DNA of 64,000 nt from Abditibacterium sp. (GTDB lineage Bacteria; Armatimonadota; Abditibacteriia; Abditibacteriales; Abditibacteriaceae): contig OZ251992.1 in the NCBI GenBank assembly GCA_965246885.1, positions 224,001-288,000 on the forward strand. The letters are read 5' to 3'. The notes beneath the pieces are model-generated. The model had not been told where the DNA came from, did no database searches, and saw only the letters and a list, made by a program, of their open reading frames with translations. How positions within the stretch are numbered: the first letter of the stretch is position 1; each line of letters begins with the position of its first letter. The position numbers and the translations under genes were made by a program. Below, one piece after another: positions 1 to 9,800 of this stretch.

Positions 1-198
1 GGCCAACGCATCGCGGGCGTTTTCGGCGTCCCGCTCTTGGGCCAAGTCCCGCGCGAAATGGGCATCACGCGCGGCGGCGATTCTGGCGTGCCCATCCTCG
101 TCTCGCACCCCAACTCGCCCGTCGCCGACATCTACCGCGAAATCGCCGGGGGAGTGGCGCGCCGCGTAGCAACGCGGGCAATGGAATCGGGGGCGTAA
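1..198 (+). CDS. Mrp/ApbC (NBP35) family Fe-S carrier ATPase, C-terminal part (truncated by window edge)
   Basis: Frame 1 reads GQRIAGVFGVPLLGQVPREMGITRGGDSGVPILVSHPNSPVADIYREIA...*, typical of the Mrp C-terminus; iscS is nearby. Confidence 0.8.
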   Translation, partial: GQRIAGVFGVPLLGQVPREMGITRGGDSGVPILVSHPNSPVADIYREIAGGVARRVATRAMESGA

Positions 199-201
199 AC
201 G

Positions 202-462
202 ATGACGAACGTCGAAGTCGTTCAAGAACTCTTCGCGGCGGGCGCGGCGCCGCATGAAGCGATGAAAACCGCGTGGGAGTTGGGCGTGCCGCCAATCCAG
301 CGCATCAAAATGTTCCGCGAGCAATACAAGCTGTCGCTCGTGGAAGCGAAGGAGTTGATGGTGCAAGTCGAGACGGGAAAAAGTCTGTCGGAGTATCAAT
401 ACGACTTGTTTTTTGGCGGTTCACCGCCAGAGGAAGTCGAAGCCGAGTTGATGGGAGATTAA
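202..462 (+). CDS. Small hypothetical protein (IKMFREQYKLSLVEAKEL, L7/L12-CTD-like helical motif)
   Basis: 86-aa ORF starting 4 nt after the previous stop; TAATG overlap with the next gene. Confidence 0.6.
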   Translation: MTNVEVVQELFAAGAAPHEAMKTAWELGVPPIQRIKMFREQYKLSLVEAKELMVQVETGKSLSEYQYDLFFGGSPPEEVEAELMGD

Positions 463-1067
463 TGCCTACTCTTGCCAACGTGTTCAGCGCGATTGACGGA
501 CTGCACAGCGTCTATTTCGAGGATTATGCGCTCATCAGCACGGTCGCGGCGCTGTTTTACGCCGAAGCGACGTGCTGCTTCGAGGTGCGCGTTCTGTCCA
601 ACCACGAGCGCGGTTTGCAAACGATTGGCGGCGTCCCCGTGCAGTTTTTCGCGCCCGAAAGCGCGCTTGACCACCAAGCCCTGCGCCGCGCCGTCTACTT
701 CGACTACGGGGGCACGCCGATTCGCGTCGCGCGCGCCGAACATCTGGTCGCTTTTCACTTGCGCGACGCCAAGTCGCGGTGGGGCTACTCGCCGTCCTAC
801 TTCGCGCCGGGTTCGCTCGACTCGACGGAGTTGAACGGGGTCTTGAAATCCGCCAACTTGCTCGAACGATTGGGCAAATGGCCCGAAGAAGATGCGCCCG
901 GCGCGGCCTGCTACGCCCACAAAAAACGCTGGCACGAAGCCAACGCCCGCTTGCCCGTTGAAGAGAAAGTCGCGCAGTTGCTTCAAATCCAAAAGCACGA
1001 CCTCTCCATTATCGCTACCCGCCGCGAGTTGCAACCGTGGGAGAAACCTTGGGACATCGATCCGTAG
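462..1067 (+). CDS. Degenerate nucleotidyltransferase-like protein with C-terminal helical extension
   Basis: ATG 462 overlaps the upstream stop, preceded by GGGAG; YAL...AALFY, GGVPVQF and IRVARAEHLVA resemble MNT-fold proteins. Confidence 0.5.
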   Translation: MPTLANVFSAIDGLHSVYFEDYALISTVAALFYAEATCCFEVRVLSNHERGLQTIGGVPVQFFAPESALDHQALRRAVYFDYGGTPIRVARAEHLVAFHLRDAKSRWGYSPSYFAPGSLDSTELNGVLKSANLLERLGKWPEEDAPGAACYAHKKRWHEANARLPVEEKVAQLLQIQKHDLSIIATRRELQPWEKPWDIDP

Positions 1068-1073
1068 CCGCGT

Positions 1074-1207
1074 TTTGTTTTGCGACACAGAGTTCGCAGA
1101 GAGCCACAGGGGACGCAGAGGTGTTAGAGGAGAAGGCAAACCTGAAACCCCTGAGAATTTCTCTGTGCCCTTTGTGGCTCTCCGCGAACTCTGTGTCGCA
1201 AAACAAA
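1074..1207. repeat. 47-bp imperfect inverted repeat (REPIN/MITE-like palindrome)
   Basis: 1074-1120 TTTGTTTTGCGACACAGAGTTCGCAGAGAGCCACAGGGGACGCAGAG pairs with 1161-1207. Confidence 0.9.
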
Positions 1208-1245
1208 TCCCGCGCGCGTAGCGAGGTTGGGCGTCCAAGCACACC

Positions 1246-2436
1246 ATGATTTATCTCGACCATGCGGCGACTACGCCGCTTCATCCGGCGGTTTTGGACG
1301 CGATGCTGCCGTTTTTCGATGGGCGGTATGGCAATCCCTCGTCGCTGCATCATTTGGGGCGCGACGCGAAGTTCGCGTTGGAGCGGGCGCGCGAGCAAGT
1401 CGCGGAACTATTGGGCGCGCGGGCGAGCGAGATCGTCTTCAACTCCGGCGCGACGGAGGGGAACAACCACGCTTTGAAGGGTGTCGCGGCGAGTTTGGGC
1501 GGCAAAGGACGACATATTTTGGCGTCGAATGTCGAGCATGACGCGGTGCTGCATCCGCTTCAGTCGCTCGCCAAGGAGGGCTTCGAGGTCGAGTGGGTGC
1601 CGGTGGATGGCGACGGGATTCTCGATGTTGCGGCGTTCGAGCGGATGCTGCGGCCCGACACGATTCTGGCGTCGCTGATGCACGCCAACAATGAACTCGG
1701 CACGCTTCAGCCGGTGCGCGAAGTGGCCACGCTTTGCCGCGCGCGCGGCATCTTGCTGCATGTGGATGCCTGCCAGACGGTCGGCCATCTGCCCGTTGAC
1801 GTGCGCGAGTTGGGCGCCGACTTACTCACGCTTTCCGCGCACAAGTTCTACGGGCCAAAAGGCGCGGGCGCGCTGTGGATACGGCGCGGCGTGCGCTTGG
1901 AAACGCTCGTCGAAGGCGGGCACCAGCAAAAGGGGCGGCGCGCGGGGACGGAGAACGTCGCGGGCATCGTCGGCATGGGCGCGGCGTGCGAGTTGGCGCA
2001 TGCGGCGATGACCGGCGCAGAAGCGCGCGTCGCTGAATTGCGCGCGCGCTTGACCGACGGGGTTCTGTCGTCCGTCGCCGGAGCACGTTTGAACGGCCAC
2101 CCAACCCGGCGAGTCCCCGGCATCGCTAATTTTTCCTTCGCGGGCATTGAGGGCGAGGGCTTAATCCTTGAACTCGACGCCAAAGTCGGCCTGTGCGCTT
2201 CGACGGGTAGCGCGTGCGCGGCGGGGTCGCTCGACCCTTCTCCCGTCCTGCTGGCGATTGGCCTCGAAACCGGTCTGGCGCGCGCCGGAACGCGCTTCTC
2301 CTTGGGGCGCGACACGACCGAGGCCGAAATAGACGAGGTGCTCCACGAACTGCCGCGCGTGGTGGAGGAGTTGCGCGCCCTGAATCCCAACGCGCGCGCC
2401 GCGCTCGTTGGGGGCAGGAGCGACGATGCGGGATGA
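1246..2436 (+). CDS. iscS: Cysteine desulfurase (IscS/NifS)
   Basis: MIYLDHAATTP, SGATEGNN, PLP motif SAHKFYGPKG, catalytic STGSAC. Confidence 0.95.
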   Translation: MIYLDHAATTPLHPAVLDAMLPFFDGRYGNPSSLHHLGRDAKFALERAREQVAELLGARASEIVFNSGATEGNNHALKGVAASLGGKGRHILASNVEHDAVLHPLQSLAKEGFEVEWVPVDGDGILDVAAFERMLRPDTILASLMHANNELGTLQPVREVATLCRARGILLHVDACQTVGHLPVDVRELGADLLTLSAHKFYGPKGAGALWIRRGVRLETLVEGGHQQKGRRAGTENVAGIVGMGAACELAHAAMTGAEARVAELRARLTDGVLSSVAGARLNGHPTRRVPGIANFSFAGIEGEGLILELDAKVGLCASTGSACAAGSLDPSPVLLAIGLETGLARAGTRFSLGRDTTEAEIDEVLHELPRVVEELRALNPNARAALVGGRSDDAG

Positions 2437-2444
2437 AGGGCACC

Positions 2445-2807
2445 TTACCGAATCCACCCCATACGGCGCGACAGAACGCCCCACAATATAAGCGCACAAC
2501 ACCACCCGATCGACGGCCACAAACCAATGCAGCACAAGGGTGTTTGCCAGATGGCGTAACCCATCGCCGCTATGCCTAATCCGCCCAAGATGCCAGCCAC
2601 GATGCGCGCCAACAACCCGTTGCCTTCTTGCCACACCGTCAGCCCCATTGCCGTCGCGGGCACAAGAAGCATGAGGGCGAGTAACCCTTCGGCGATACCT
2701 TCCCCATTCCAGCGAGTCTTCGCTGCGCCCCCGACCACGCCATCAAACAAATGGTGTGCAGCATCAGCAACGGGCACACGAAAACGCCCATTACCCATAC
2801 CATCCAA
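2445..2807 (-). CDS. Hypothetical membrane protein (start uncertain)
   Basis: Three hydrophobic segments in the C-terminal two thirds; atypical composition. Confidence 0.4.
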   Translation of the reverse strand: MDGMGNGRFRVPVADAAHHLFDGVVGGAAKTRWNGEGIAEGLLALMLLVPATAMGLTVWQEGNGLLARIVAGILGGLGIAAMGYAIWQTPLCCIGLWPSIGWCCALILWGVLSRRMGWIR

Positions 2808-2879
2808 GGACGCAGCGAAAGCATAGCCCCAGTGTGCAACCCGCGCGCGTCTGACCGCTTAAAATAAAGTTCCTACTTC

Positions 2880-3812
2880 ATGTTCGACCAACACAAACAA
2901 CTCGCCCTCGGCTGTATGGGGCTTTCCGGGACGTGGAACCCGGCGGAGCTTACGCCCGCCCGCGTCAAGCGCGCCATTGACGCGTTCGAGGCGGCGCTCG
3001 TGGCGGGCATCACGCTGTATGACCATGCGGACATCTACGGCGGCGGAACGTGCGAGAGCGTGTTCAAGGACTGCTTGGCGGCGTTTCCCGACGTGCGCGG
3101 TGACATCCAAATCTGGAGCAAAGGCGGCATCCGCGACGGCTTCTTCGACCACTCGCCCGCCTATTTGCGCGAGTGCATCGAGCGGTCGCGCGTGCGGATG
3201 GGAATAGATGCTCTCGACCTGTTCCAGTTGCACCGCCCCGACCCGCTCGCCCACCCGCGCGAGACGGCGAAGGTTCTCCACGAGGCGCTCGCGGCGGGCC
3301 ACATTAAAGCCGTTGGCGTGTCGAACTATTTCCCGGAGCAGATACGCGCGCTCCAGAAGTTCTTGGACGTGCCGCTCGTCAGCCACCAATGGGAATTGCA
3401 CATCCTACGCTTGCAACCGTTTTACGAGGGCTGGCACGCGCCTGCGTTCAAGGGCTATTCGGGCGAGATGAACCCCTACGGCGACGGCACGCTCGACTTT
3501 TGTTTAGCCAACGGCCTGACGCCGCTCGCCTATGCGCCCTTGGCATCGGGGCGCCTGACAAAAAACGACAGCGAGGACGGGCGCGAGCGCGACGTGCAAG
3601 ACGTGCTGGGCAAACTGGCGCTTAAATACGACGCGACGCGGACGCAAATCGCACTCGCGTGGCTGCGAACGCATCCGGCCAATATCATCCCCGTCGTCGG
3701 AAGCGCCAACCCGCAGCACATCTTCGAGGCGGCCCAAAAGACCGACCTGCGCTTGGAGAAAACGGACTGGTACGATGTCTGGAAAGCGTCGTGGGAGCGC
3801 GGCATGCCGTGA
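2880..3812 (+). CDS. Aldo/keto reductase (YdhF-like)
   Basis: LALGCM, GITLYDHADIYG, LDLFQLHRPD, GVSN, IPVVGS. Confidence 0.93.
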   Translation: MFDQHKQLALGCMGLSGTWNPAELTPARVKRAIDAFEAALVAGITLYDHADIYGGGTCESVFKDCLAAFPDVRGDIQIWSKGGIRDGFFDHSPAYLRECIERSRVRMGIDALDLFQLHRPDPLAHPRETAKVLHEALAAGHIKAVGVSNYFPEQIRALQKFLDVPLVSHQWELHILRLQPFYEGWHAPAFKGYSGEMNPYGDGTLDFCLANGLTPLAYAPLASGRLTKNDSEDGRERDVQDVLGKLALKYDATRTQIALAWLRTHPANIIPVVGSANPQHIFEAAQKTDLRLEKTDWYDVWKASWERGMP

Positions 3813-3832
3813 ACGGCGCCGGAGGTAGACCA

Positions 3833-4600
3833 ATGAAGCGACTTCTTATTCTTTCAACTCTTGCCTTGGCCCTCGCCGCGCGCGCTCAAGCGCCTGTCGC
3901 GCCCGCCGACATGGTGCTGGTTCCGGCTGGCGACTTCCCGATGGGCACCGATATGGGCGACGGCAACGACGACAACCAAGGCACCAACACGCCCCTCGCT
4001 TACAACGATGCGCGTCCGCGCCACACCGCCACAACCAAGGCTTTCTTTGTGGACAAAACCGAAGTGACCAACGCGGCTTACAAAAAGTTCTGCGACGCGA
4101 CGGGCACCCCGCCGCCGCCGCAGTGGGTCGGTGGCCACATCCCCGACGGGCAGGACGAGTTCCCCGTCAACCGCGTTACATGGTACGAAGCGCGCGCTTT
4201 CGCCCGGTGGAGCGGTAAGCGGCTTCCCACCGAAGCCGAGTGGGAACACGCGGCGCGCGGTGACGACGGGCGCTCCTACCCTTGGGGCGAAGGCTGGAAC
4301 CCCGCACTTGTTGTAACCGAAACTGGCCCCGCTCCGGTCGGCTCGAAACCGGCGGGCGCCAGTCCTTACGGCGCGCTCGATATGGGCGGCAACGTCGCCG
4401 AATGGACGGACAGTTGGTTCGAGGCGTACCCCGGCTCGCCCACCAAGCAACCCGACTTTGGCCGCAAGACGCTGAAAGTAGTGCGCGGCGGCGCGTGGTT
4501 CGACAACGCCGCGCTCGCGCAAACCTTCTTCCGCGAAGTGTGCCGCCCCGACCAGCGCAACTTGTGGATTGGCTTCCGATGCGCCAAAGATGTAAATTAG
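3833..4600 (+). CDS. Secreted FGE-sulfatase (SUMF1/EgtB/PvdO) domain protein
   Basis: GGAGGT SD at 3821; signal peptide; EVTN, RLPTEAEWE, DMGGNVAEW, RGGAW, GFRC; lacks the catalytic Cys pair of true FGE. Confidence 0.9.
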   Translation: MKRLLILSTLALALAARAQAPVAPADMVLVPAGDFPMGTDMGDGNDDNQGTNTPLAYNDARPRHTATTKAFFVDKTEVTNAAYKKFCDATGTPPPPQWVGGHIPDGQDEFPVNRVTWYEARAFARWSGKRLPTEAEWEHAARGDDGRSYPWGEGWNPALVVTETGPAPVGSKPAGASPYGALDMGGNVAEWTDSWFEAYPGSPTKQPDFGRKTLKVVRGGAWFDNAALAQTFFREVCRPDQRNLWIGFRCAKDVN

Positions 4601-4627
4601 GGTGTGGGATTTGGAGGAACATCGCTC

Positions 4628-5095
4628 ATGGACATTTCTGAAAAATGGGGGCTGCCGCCCGGCTTCGCTCCGGTTCGATTCGAGGTTTCCGACGACGCCA
4701 AGGCTGCCGTGCGGCCCATCTTGGGCGCGGGCGAACCGGTCATTCTCTCCCTGCAAAACGAAGAGGAAACTGTCGCCCTCATCGGCACGCCGGGGCGCGT
4801 TTTGTCGGTCAGGGCGCAAGAGATGGGCGTTAACGCGGGCGCCTCGCTCGTCAAGTCGTTCCCTTGGCCAGGGGTCTTCGAGCTAACAATGCGCCCGCAA
4901 GCGGGCACCGTCTCGCTTGTCATCGAATATCCTACGACCGATGGCGGCAAAACCGTCGAGGTCGGCGTGCGCGCCAAACTCGCCAAAACCAAGCAAGACG
5001 TGTTCGCGGGCTTTCCCAAAGAAGAAGGCGAAGCCGTCTTCCGCGCCATGCTGCAAGTCTCGAACTGGAAAAAGGCCCATCCGCCAACCGATTAG
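4628..5095 (+). CDS. Hypothetical protein, possibly bacterial PH-like domain
   Basis: GGAGG upstream; ILGAGEPV...ALIGTPGRVL pattern resembles bPH domains. Confidence 0.6.
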   Translation: MDISEKWGLPPGFAPVRFEVSDDAKAAVRPILGAGEPVILSLQNEEETVALIGTPGRVLSVRAQEMGVNAGASLVKSFPWPGVFELTMRPQAGTVSLVIEYPTTDGGKTVEVGVRAKLAKTKQDVFAGFPKEEGEAVFRAMLQVSNWKKAHPPTD

Positions 5096-5110
5096 ACTTG
5101 CGCGCCAACG

Positions 5111-5404
5111 ATGCGCCTTTCCACCGAAGAAATCAATCACATCGCGCTTCTCTCGCGCCTCGAACTTTCCGACGCTGAGCGCACGCGCGCGCAGGACGAA
5201 CTCAGCCAAATCATCGGCTACTTCGAGGCGCTGTCGGCTCTCGACACGACCGGCGTCGCGCCCACCATGCACGCCCTGCCCATCCAAAACGTCCTGCGCG
5301 CCGACGAAGTGACCCCCGGCCTGTCGCGCGAAGCCGCCCTCCGAAACGCCCCCGAAGCCGAAGGCGGCATGTTCCAAGTCCCCCGCGTCGTCGAAGCCGA
5401 GTAA
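5111..5404 (+). CDS. gatC: Asp/Glu-tRNA amidotransferase subunit C
   Basis: EEINHIALLSRLEL...LRADEV...NAP...FQVPRVV; directly upstream of gatA. Confidence 0.97.
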   Translation: MRLSTEEINHIALLSRLELSDAERTRAQDELSQIIGYFEALSALDTTGVAPTMHALPIQNVLRADEVTPGLSREAALRNAPEAEGGMFQVPRVVEAE

Positions 5405-5407
5405 CCC

Positions 5408-6871
5408 ATGTCCATCACCGAAACCTCCGCCGCCCGTTTAGCGCAACAAATCCAAGCCAAGGAACTCTCCTGCCGCGAAGTCGCCGACGCCTTTCTCGCG
5501 CGCATCGAAGCGACCGAAGGGCAGTTGCACGCCTTTGTGTCCGTTACCGCCGACATTGCCCGCGTGCGCGCCGATGAGTTGGACGCGCGCTTGGCGCGCG
5601 GCGAAGCCATCGGGCCGCTTGGCGGCGTGCCCCTCGCCCTCAAAGACAACCTTTGCACAAACGGCGTGCGCACGACCTGCTCCTCGCGGATGTTGGAGCA
5701 TTTCGTGCCGCCTTATGACGCGCACGTCGTCGAGCGTTTAGCCGCCGATGGCGCCGTGTTTGTGGGCAAGACCAACTTGGACGAGTTCGCGATGGGCAGT
5801 TCGACGGAGAACTCCGCGTTTGGCGCGAGTCGCAACCCTTGGAACACGACCCGCGTTCCCGGCGGCAGTTCGGGCGGTTCGACGGCCACCGTCGCCGCGC
5901 GCCAAGTGCCGCTTTCTTTGGGCAGCGACACCGGCGGCTCGATTCGCCAACCCGCCGCCTTTTGCGGGTGCGTCGGGATGAAGCCAACGTACGGCCTCGT
6001 GTCGCGCTACGGACTGATCGCCTTCGCTTCTTCCCTCGACCAAATCGGGCCGATTGCCAACACCGTCGAAGACGCGGCCTTGCTTCTTCAATCCATCGCC
6101 GGACACGACCGCCGCGACTCGACTTCCTCCCGCGCCGCCGTCCCCGACTACCGCGCGGCACTCACGGGCGACGTGCGCGGCTTGCGCGTCGGCATCCCGC
6201 GCGAGTTCTTCGGGCAGGGCGTCGAAACGCCCGTCGCCGAGGCCGTCATGCGCGCGGTGGACGAACTCAAAGCGCTTGGCATGGAAGCCGTCGAAGTCTC
6301 GATGCCTACCGCCGAGCACGCCCTCGCCTGCTACTACATCATCGCGCCGTCCGAGGCCAGTTCTAACTTGGCCCGCTATGACGGCGTGAAATACGGTCTG
6401 CGCGTCGCCCTTCCCGGCGACGACGTGATCCAAATGGCCGCTCGCACCCGCGCGGCGGGCTTTGGCCACGAAGTTCAACACCGCATCATGATCGGCACCC
6501 ACGCCCTCTCAAGCGGCTTCTACGACGCGTATTACCTCAAGGCGCAGCAAGTGCGCACTCTCATCCGCCGCGACTTTGACGCCGCTTTCGAGCAGTGCGA
6601 CGTGTTGGCGACACCGACGGCACCGTCCGTCGCCTTTCCCATCGGCGACAAAGCGGGCGACCCGCTCGCCATGAAACTCGCCGACGTGTGCACCATCCCA
6701 GTCAACATGGCGGGCCTCCCCGCCCTCTCGCTCCCGTGCGGCTTCGCGGACAATCTGCCCATCGGCCTCCAACTCATCGGGCGCCTGCTCGACGAAACCA
6801 CCCTGCTTAAGGTCGCCCACGCCTACGAGGGCGCGACGCAGTGGCACACCCGCCGCGCCACTGGCCTTTAA
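5408..6871 (+). CDS. gatA: Asp/Glu-tRNA amidotransferase subunit A
   Basis: Amidase signature [30 protein letters not shown]. Confidence 0.98.
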   Translation: MSITETSAARLAQQIQAKELSCREVADAFLARIEATEGQLHAFVSVTADIARVRADELDARLARGEAIGPLGGVPLALKDNLCTNGVRTTCSSRMLEHFVPPYDAHVVERLAADGAVFVGKTNLDEFAMGSSTENSAFGASRNPWNTTRVPGGSSGGSTATVAARQVPLSLGSDTGGSIRQPAAFCGCVGMKPTYGLVSRYGLIAFASSLDQIGPIANTVEDAALLLQSIAGHDRRDSTSSRAAVPDYRAALTGDVRGLRVGIPREFFGQGVETPVAEAVMRAVDELKALGMEAVEVSMPTAEHALACYYIIAPSEASSNLARYDGVKYGLRVALPGDDVIQMAARTRAAGFGHEVQHRIMIGTHALSSGFYDAYYLKAQQVRTLIRRDFDAAFEQCDVLATPTAPSVAFPIGDKAGDPLAMKLADVCTIPVNMAGLPALSLPCGFADNLPIGLQLIGRLLDETTLLKVAHAYEGATQWHTRRATGL

Positions 6872-9800
6872 TTCGCCAACTGTGCGTTCGTGATGCGCGG
6901 CGTGAACGCAGGTTTGACCCCCTTGGTCAGACGGAACTCCAGCCTGACGGTTGTGCTCGCTCCCACGCCCAACACTCCACCCGCAAGCGGCACGCTCACA
7001 AGCGGCACCCCGTTGGTGTCGGTTCCCGCCGCGCCCACGACGGTTACGCCTGTTGGTAAGTTGTCCAATGCCAGAAGAAGCGGGCCGCTCGCGCTCGCTG
7101 AGCCGGTGTTGGTGATGGTCACATATTGAATGAGGTGCGCGCCGGGGTGATACAGCGTGGGCGAATACGGCCCGACGTTGATGAGCTTGCCCACTCCAAA
7201 GGTGTAAGCGGGAACGCCGTTGGCAATGGGCACGGTCACTTGGGCGGCAACCGGTATCGTGCCCGTCGCGCCTGCGATGGCGTTGCTTTGCAAGTTGCCG
7301 ACGGTGGCCGGGGCCGTCAAGCGCACGATCACGGTTTGGCTGGCGTTCGGTGCCAACGTGCCCAGAGAGAAGCCAATCATACCTTCGGCGTTCGAGGTCG
7401 GAGCGGGAGTACTCGATAGGAAGGTGGCTCCGGCGGGCAGGGTGTAGATCAGACTCGTATCGGTCGCAGGAGCAGAACCGGTGTTCGTGACCACAAGCGT
7501 GAAGTCCACTTCGCCACCCGGCGACACCGTCTTCACCGACGCCTTTTGCGTGAGCGTCAGCGCGGGCGCCGCAACGCTTCCCACCACCACTTGAGACACA
7601 GTGTTCGAGGTGCTCCCGTTGAAGTTCGCGTCGCCAGCATACACTGCCGTCAGCGGGTGCGTGCCCGCCGCCAACGAGGAGGTCGAAAGCGTCGCCACTC
7701 CGCCCGACAGCGTGCCCGTCCCAAGCGGCGTCCCCCCATCGAAGAAGGTCACGGAGCCAGTCGGCAGCAATTGGAACTGGCGCGGCTTGACCAGATGCCC
7801 CTTGACCACAAGCGCGCGGCGGCCAAGCGAGGTGCCGGGCGTCGTCGGGGTAGTGGGCGTGCCGAGCGCGGCATCAGCAACCCTCGCTGTCAACGTCACG
7901 TTCTGCCCGACGTTCGACGGGGTGGGCGAGGAAGAAAGCACAGTTGTCGTGCCCGCCTTGAGCGGCGAAGGCGTGGCGGTGGGCGTGGCCGTCGGGGTAG
8001 CGGTGGGCGTGGCCGTCGGGGTAGCGGTGGGCGTCGCGCCCGCGACCAAGAAGGCTTGGGAGAATTCGCTCGTGTCGCCGTTGACCGCCAACTCCGCCCC
8101 GCCGCCTGCCGCAACGGTGGAAACGTAAGTCGCCGTCGAGGTGATGGCGCGGCCCGCGATGGGAACGGGCGAGGTGAAGCTCCACGAAGCGTTGCCGCTC
8201 GCGTCGGTGGGAACCGACACGAAGCCGAGGAACGTTTCGCCCTCGCCATAGCCCGACGGGTCGGCGGCGGCACTGGAAAACAGTTCGATGCGGTAGCTTT
8301 CGCCCGTTCCAGTCGGCGCGGCGTTGAGGGTGCCCGAAATGACGTTGCCCGTCACGCCCGTGATGACCGGGAAGTTCTGCCCGTCGTTGACGCCGCCATC
8401 TGTATCCCCAAGGTCGTTGGGCAACACGCCCGGAGCGCCGAGGTCAATGCCCAAGGCGCCGTTGGAAAAGATGGAGTTGCCTTCTATCGGGGCGCCCTTC
8501 ACGTCGTTTCCGCCCTCATCGCTGGGGATGCGTACGCCCGTTCCAGAGTTGTATGCCACGACGTTACCCTCGCCCGCGTTTGTGCCGCCGACGCTGACGG
8601 GGCGGTTGGCTTCGAGGCCGTTGCCCTTGTTGCCCAACGCCGTCGTGCCATCGGCGGCGACGCCGATGAGGTTGCCCTGCACTGCGGCGGTGCCCGACTG
8701 GAGACCCGTAACGTAAACGCCCTGCGCGCCGTTGCCCGACACGACGTTGCCCGCGCCCGCCGCCGCGCCGCCAACTTGGATATTGAAGGCGGGGATTCCG
8801 CTACCGCCGAGTGCGACATGAATGCCCACGCCCCCGTTGCCAAGCGCCGTTTTGCCCGTCGCGTCGGTGCCGACGCGGTTGCCTTGGATGGTCAAACTGA
8901 GCGCACCCGCTTCGATTCCCGCATTGGCGTTGCCCGAAATAGTGTTGCCCGCGCCACTCGCGGTGCCGCCGATGACGACACTCGCAATGGAGGCACCAGC
9001 CGCGTTGCTGCCGATACCGAAGCCGAAGTTGCCCACAGCCTTGGTGCCGCTCGCGTCAGTGCCGATGAGGTTGCCTTGCACCGTCACAGAGCCGATTGGC
9101 CCAGTATCAAACCCGATGCCTTGCAAGTTGCCGGAGAGGAGGTTGTTGCTGATGGTGGTGCCGTCGCCGCCCACTATTTCCACGCCGGTCACATTGCCGA
9201 AGGCTTGCGACACGACCGCCGCCGTGCCCTGCGCGTTCGTGCCGAGGTAGTTGCCCTCGACGATGGTGCCCGTCACGGCGCCACTGCTGGCGAGGCCCGA
9301 TATGGAACTGCTGCCGATGATGACGTTCCCATCTTGGCTGATGCTCGTGTTGCCCGCTATCACGTTGCGCGCGGCGGGTGTCGTGCCGCCGACGGTGTTA
9401 CCCGCGCCGCCCAGAACCAAAACGCCCGCGTGCAGGTTGCCTTGGCGCGTGGCGCCATCCGTCCCGACACCGATGTAGCAACCGGCGACGGTGTTGTTGC
9501 TCCCGTTCAAGACGATACCCTCGCCGCCCGCGCGGTTGATGACCAGGCCGCTCAACGTCGTGCCCGCGCCGCCCGCGCCAACGACTAAGCCATTGTTGCG
9601 CTTGGTAGCGTTGATTTCGATGAGCAACACGGCGTTGCTGCCGGTTGCGAGGGTGTTGGCCGACGCGCCGAGTTGCGAGTAGCCGTTGATGGTGACTGCT
9701 TTGGCAATCACCGGTAGCTCGGACGCGGGCGTGATGGTCTGGACGCCTGCGCCGGGGATGGCGAAGGTGATGGTGCCGTTACCGCCCGCGTTGGCTTCTT

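Noticed and set aside
7546..9588. 680-aa + strand ORF, and other long shadow ORFs (19676-21691, 22757-24292, 40436-42823)
   Set aside because: Antisense or off-frame shadows of well-supported genes in GC-rich DNA, with no recognisable motifs.
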